64,000 nucleotides of DNA from Calditrichales bacterium (GTDB lineage Bacteria > Calditrichota > Calditrichia > Calditrichales > J004), in contig OZ254086.1 of the NCBI GenBank assembly GCA_965267575.1, positions 1,312,001-1,376,000 of the forward strand, in the 5' to 3' direction. Within the stretch, counting starts at the first letter, position 1. Each line of letters starts with the position of its first letter. Both the position numbers and the translations under genes were made by a program. Shown here one piece after another: positions 60,864 through 64,000 of this stretch. A model generated the notes under the pieces. That model was not told the origin of the DNA. It searched no databases and saw only the letters and a list, made by a program, of their open reading frames with translations.

Positions 60864-61396
60864 ATGAGAGACCGGAAATTGGCGAGATAGTAACAGACAG
60901 GTTGATCCTTACAGCACTCCGTTATGAGAAGCATTATTTGCTTATCAAAGAGCTTTTTAAAAACGATCCATCCATGTTTTTTCACGACGATGCGGCTATA
61001 AGCGCCGCTGCCGAACATTGGTTTGAGAAATATGCTGCCAGTAAAACAAGCCCGGTCTTTGGTTACCGCGCGTGCGTCTTAAAAAAGACGAACCAGCCAA
61101 TCGGGCAGTGCGGCTTTTTGTCGTCGGAAAATCCGGAAAACCCAGAACTTGGGATTTCTATTTTAAGGCCATTCTGGAACAAGGGTTATGCGACGGAAGC
61201 GATCACAGCCTTGATGGATTGGGCCGAAGTTAACCACAGTGTGTGTGGGTTCAGCGCTTTTGCTATGACTTATAATGAAGGGGCCAAAAGAATTCTTGAA
61301 AAGGCCGGATTTTCTTTTCTGCGGGAAACGACGCAAAATGGCCACCCCGCCTGCCATTATACGCGTTTATTAAATAAGCGCAACGCCGGCAGCTGA
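60860..61396 (+). CDS. GNAT acetyltransferase, RimJ/RimL type
   Basis: TDRLIL, IGQCG, ELG, WNKGYATEA, N..AKRILEKAGF; ATGA overlap with the upstream gene. Confidence 0.88.
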   Translation: MNERPEIGEIVTDRLILTALRYEKHYLLIKELFKNDPSMFFHDDAAISAAAEHWFEKYAASKTSPVFGYRACVLKKTNQPIGQCGFLSSENPENPELGISILRPFWNKGYATEAITALMDWAEVNHSVCGFSAFAMTYNEGAKRILEKAGFSFLRETTQNGHPACHYTRLLNKRNAGS

Positions 61397-62203
61397 ACAA
61401 TCAACATGGCGCTTAACATTAAAACCATACCGGTCATTTTTCTTCCATCCACACCCTCGCCAAGGAAATAAAACCCAAACAACGCGGCAAAAACAGTTTC
61501 CAGCGAAAGAATGATACCTGCCTGAGATGCGCTGGCATGACGCTGTCCGAAAAGCTGTAACGTATAACCAAAGGCAATTGAAATTACTCCCGTATACAGG
61601 ATAGCCGGTGTTGCAAGGTAGAGCATTTCAAAATGAAGGCTTTCGCTAAACAAAGCAGCCAACAGGCTAAACGCAGCGCAGCTAAAATATTGCCCGACAG
61701 CAAGGTCCACGGGCGCCAGGTGCTGTACGATACGTGAAATAAGCAGTACGTGGGCGGCCCAGAAAAAGGCACCAAAAAAGACCAGGATATCACCAGGGTT
61801 AACATGCAATGAAGCATCAAAACTGATCAGGTAAAGCCCCGCCAGGGACAGCGCTACGGAAATCCAGACAACAGCAGGAATACGTTCTTTAAATTTCAAA
61901 ACAGCCATCAGTGGGATAAGCACGACATAGAGACCGGTAATAGGTGGTGTGCTCGATACCGGCCTGCTGAAAAAAGCTGCCTAAAAAGAGCAGAGCACCA
62001 GGCAGGATCGTTTGTTTCCAGTATGGAGCACTGCGTTTAAAAGGCCGGCTGATAAAGGGCAGTAATACAATCGCGCCGATTAGAAAGCGGCTGGCATTAA
62101 AAGAAAAAGGGCCCACGTAGCGGGCCCCGATACTTTGCGCCACAAAAGCGCTGCCCCAAAAAATGGCGGCAAGAAGCAGAAACAGATGACCTTTGAAGCG
62201 CAT
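61357..62203 (-). pseudogene. EamA/DMT transporter split by a frameshift near 61942
   Basis: Two ORF pieces join as FWGSAFVAQ...QQAGIEHTT | ITGLYVVLIP with one extra base between them. Confidence 0.82.
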
Positions 62204-62222
62204 TTCAGTTCGCGCGTATCAT

Positions 62223-63644
62223 TTAGTGAACTCCAAAATAGCTCTTCTTTTTTGCCGTTTGTTCGATATCGCTTATCGACCTGGGCGCGGCTTTGGAAAG
62301 ATTGACATACCCATCCTCCGTAACCAGAATATCGTCCTCGATACGTACACCTATATTCTTGTACTTTTCAAAAACGGGACGCACTTTTTCAATAAACGTG
62401 GTAAGCTCATTGGTGTCGCTAATAAATCGCCCAAACATATGGGGCAGATTGTCCAGGGCATCAGGCGCAAAATAGAGACCGGGCTCAACCGTTAAAACCA
62501 TACCGGGTTCCAGAACCCTGCCTGTGGCCATATCCCCGGAACGGTAGCCGGAAGCGTCGTGTGTATCCAATCCCAGCCAATGCGACGTACCGTGCATAAA
62601 CCAGACGCGGGTCTGCCATGTGCTGTTCGGGCTTGTTATCAAACCCAGTTCAAACAATCCTTCGGAAAGTACGCGCTGCGCGATACGGTGGATTTCCCGG
62701 AATCCTACAGCGGGCTTAACAGCTTCGATCGCTTCGTTCTGTGCTTTTAATACCAGGTTATATATCTGCGTTTGCTCCTTGGTAAACCTTCCGTTTACGG
62801 GAATAGTACGGGTAACATCCGCGGAATACATACCGTACTCCGCGCCGATGTCCATTAACAACAGGTCACCGTCCTGCATGGTATCATTGTTATCCGAATA
62901 GTGCAAAATAGTAGCATTTGCGCCAGAGGCTACGATAGAGGGAAATCCGACACGGGGACTGCCGTTTTTGGTATAGGTGTATTCTATCAGAGCGGCGATT
63001 TCGTTTTCGGTTGCTCCGGGAGCCGCGGCCATCATGGCCTGGACCTGGGCTTCAACCGTAATGTCAATAGACTTTTGCAACATTTGTATTTCATAAGCGC
63101 TCTTGTAAAGACGCATTTCGCCAATAATCGGCGTAAGGTTCTGCATTATGTCGGGCCCGCTGAACCAGGCTCCACCCGTATTGTTAATTTCTTCAAGCAG
63201 TTCATCATCACTAAAGGGCAGATACACTTTTTCGTTTCCGCGCAGCAGCGCGGCCAGTTCGTCGGTAAAACGATCAACGGTATAAACAGTATCGGCGCCG
63301 TATTTCTCCTGGGCGCTTTGAGGAGTATGGTGCTTACCTTCCCATACGGCGTGCAGAGGATTATAAGGTTTGATAAAGAGGATAAAGCTCCGGACGTTCT
63401 CACCAGACGTGAAGACAGCAATGGCCCCCGGTTCATCAAAACCGGTTAAATAATAGAAATCGCTGTTTTGCCGGAAAGGATAATTAATATCGTTGTTGCG
63501 CACCACTTCCACACCGCCCTTAATGACCGCGACGCCGTCGATCTCGCTATAAAGCTTTTGTCTTCTTTGGGCAAACTCTTCAACCGGGAATTCCTGCGCA
63601 TAGGAAGTGCAAAAAATTAGAACAACTGCAATCCAAAATTTCAT
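62223..63644 (-). CDS. pepP: Xaa-Pro aminopeptidase (M24B) with signal peptide
   Basis: FRQNSDFYYLTGF, DIGAE..Y.ADVTRT, HGTSHWLGLDTHD, TVEPG, GVRIEDD. Confidence 0.92.
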   Translation of the reverse strand: MKFWIAVVLIFCTSYAQEFPVEEFAQRRQKLYSEIDGVAVIKGGVEVVRNNDINYPFRQNSDFYYLTGFDEPGAIAVFTSGENVRSFILFIKPYNPLHAVWEGKHHTPQSAQEKYGADTVYTVDRFTDELAALLRGNEKVYLPFSDDELLEEINNTGGAWFSGPDIMQNLTPIIGEMRLYKSAYEIQMLQKSIDITVEAQVQAMMAAAPGATENEIAALIEYTYTKNGSPRVGFPSIVASGANATILHYSDNNDTMQDGDLLLMDIGAEYGMYSADVTRTIPVNGRFTKEQTQIYNLVLKAQNEAIEAVKPAVGFREIHRIAQRVLSEGLFELGLITSPNSTWQTRVWFMHGTSHWLGLDTHDASGYRSGDMATGRVLEPGMVLTVEPGLYFAPDALDNLPHMFGRFISDTNELTTFIEKVRPVFEKYKNIGVRIEDDILVTEDGYVNLSKAAPRSISDIEQTAKKKSYFGVH

Positions 63645-63711
63645 ATCTTGCTCCTTGAAAAACAGAGCGTATTTTAGACCATTGAGGGTTAAAACTCAAC
63701 ACGGAGGAAGA

Positions 63712-64000
63712 ATGAAAAAAAAGAAATCAGAAACGATTTCAAGTTGGGACATTGTTTTTCCAAACGATGCAAACCCGCTGGGGACGATGTTTGGCGGTAA
63801 AATGATGGCGGTTATGGATGAGATCGCCGGTATCGCTGCGGCACGCTATTGCGGCAGGCCATCCGTGACAGCCTCAACCGAGGCCATCATCTTTAAAAGT
63901 CCCGTAAAGGTAGGAGACAGGATAGAGTCCGTGGCGCGGGTGGTTTTTACCGGCAACACATCGTTGGTCGTTAAAGTTGATGTATATGCTGAAAATCCGA
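63712..64000 (+). CDS. Acyl-CoA thioesterase (YciA-type hotdog fold), truncated by the window edge
   Basis: Manual translation: VFPNDANPLGTMFGGKMMAVMDEIAGIAAARY...VTAS..FKSPVKVGD; GGAGG RBS. Confidence 0.9.
   Translation, partial: MKKKKSETISSWDIVFPNDANPLGTMFGGKMMAVMDEIAGIAAARYCGRPSVTASTEAIIFKSPVKVGDRIESVARVVFTGNTSLVVKVDVYAENP

Noticed and set aside
61357-61396. 40-nt convergent overlap between the GNAT and DMT genes
   Set aside because: Short 3' overlaps are common in compact genomes; there is no evidence of function.

Overview
This is a gene-dense, mostly housekeeping window spanning the chromosomal replication origin of a diderm bacterium. Gene content and synteny suggest the FCB group, possibly Calditrichota-like; this taxonomy is inference. 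The origin cluster runs rex-gyrA-gyrB-dciA-recF-dnaN <oriC> rpmH-rnpA-yidD-yidC-mnmE-mnmG-rsmG. It contains two parS sites and a recognisable arrangement of DnaA boxes, DnaA-trios and an AT-rich tract, but dnaA is missing from its usual slot and no parAB follows rsmG. No rRNA, tRNA, CRISPR array, transposase or prophage was recognised. Three loci are the strongest candidates for poorly described systems. (1) At 14483-18363, a large pilin-like protein with two duplicated helical inserts, a PilM-like protein lacking ATP motifs and a PilN-PilO fusion with a long acidic tether sit at the head of the rsmD-coaD-pta cluster, with no ATPase, platform or secretin in the window. (2) At 43685-49526, a glycogen-synthase-like protein with degenerate donor-binding motifs precedes gmhB, a DUF4270-like lipoprotein, a FadL-like barrel and a TPR protein, resembling the Bacteroidota BamH/BamG accessory pair. 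(3) At 55433-59742, a receptor-type Ser/Thr kinase carrying a hybrid-two-component-system beta-propeller/Y_Y_Y ectodomain is translationally coupled to an unknown membrane protein. All family assignments come from motif recognition by eye; no database search was run.
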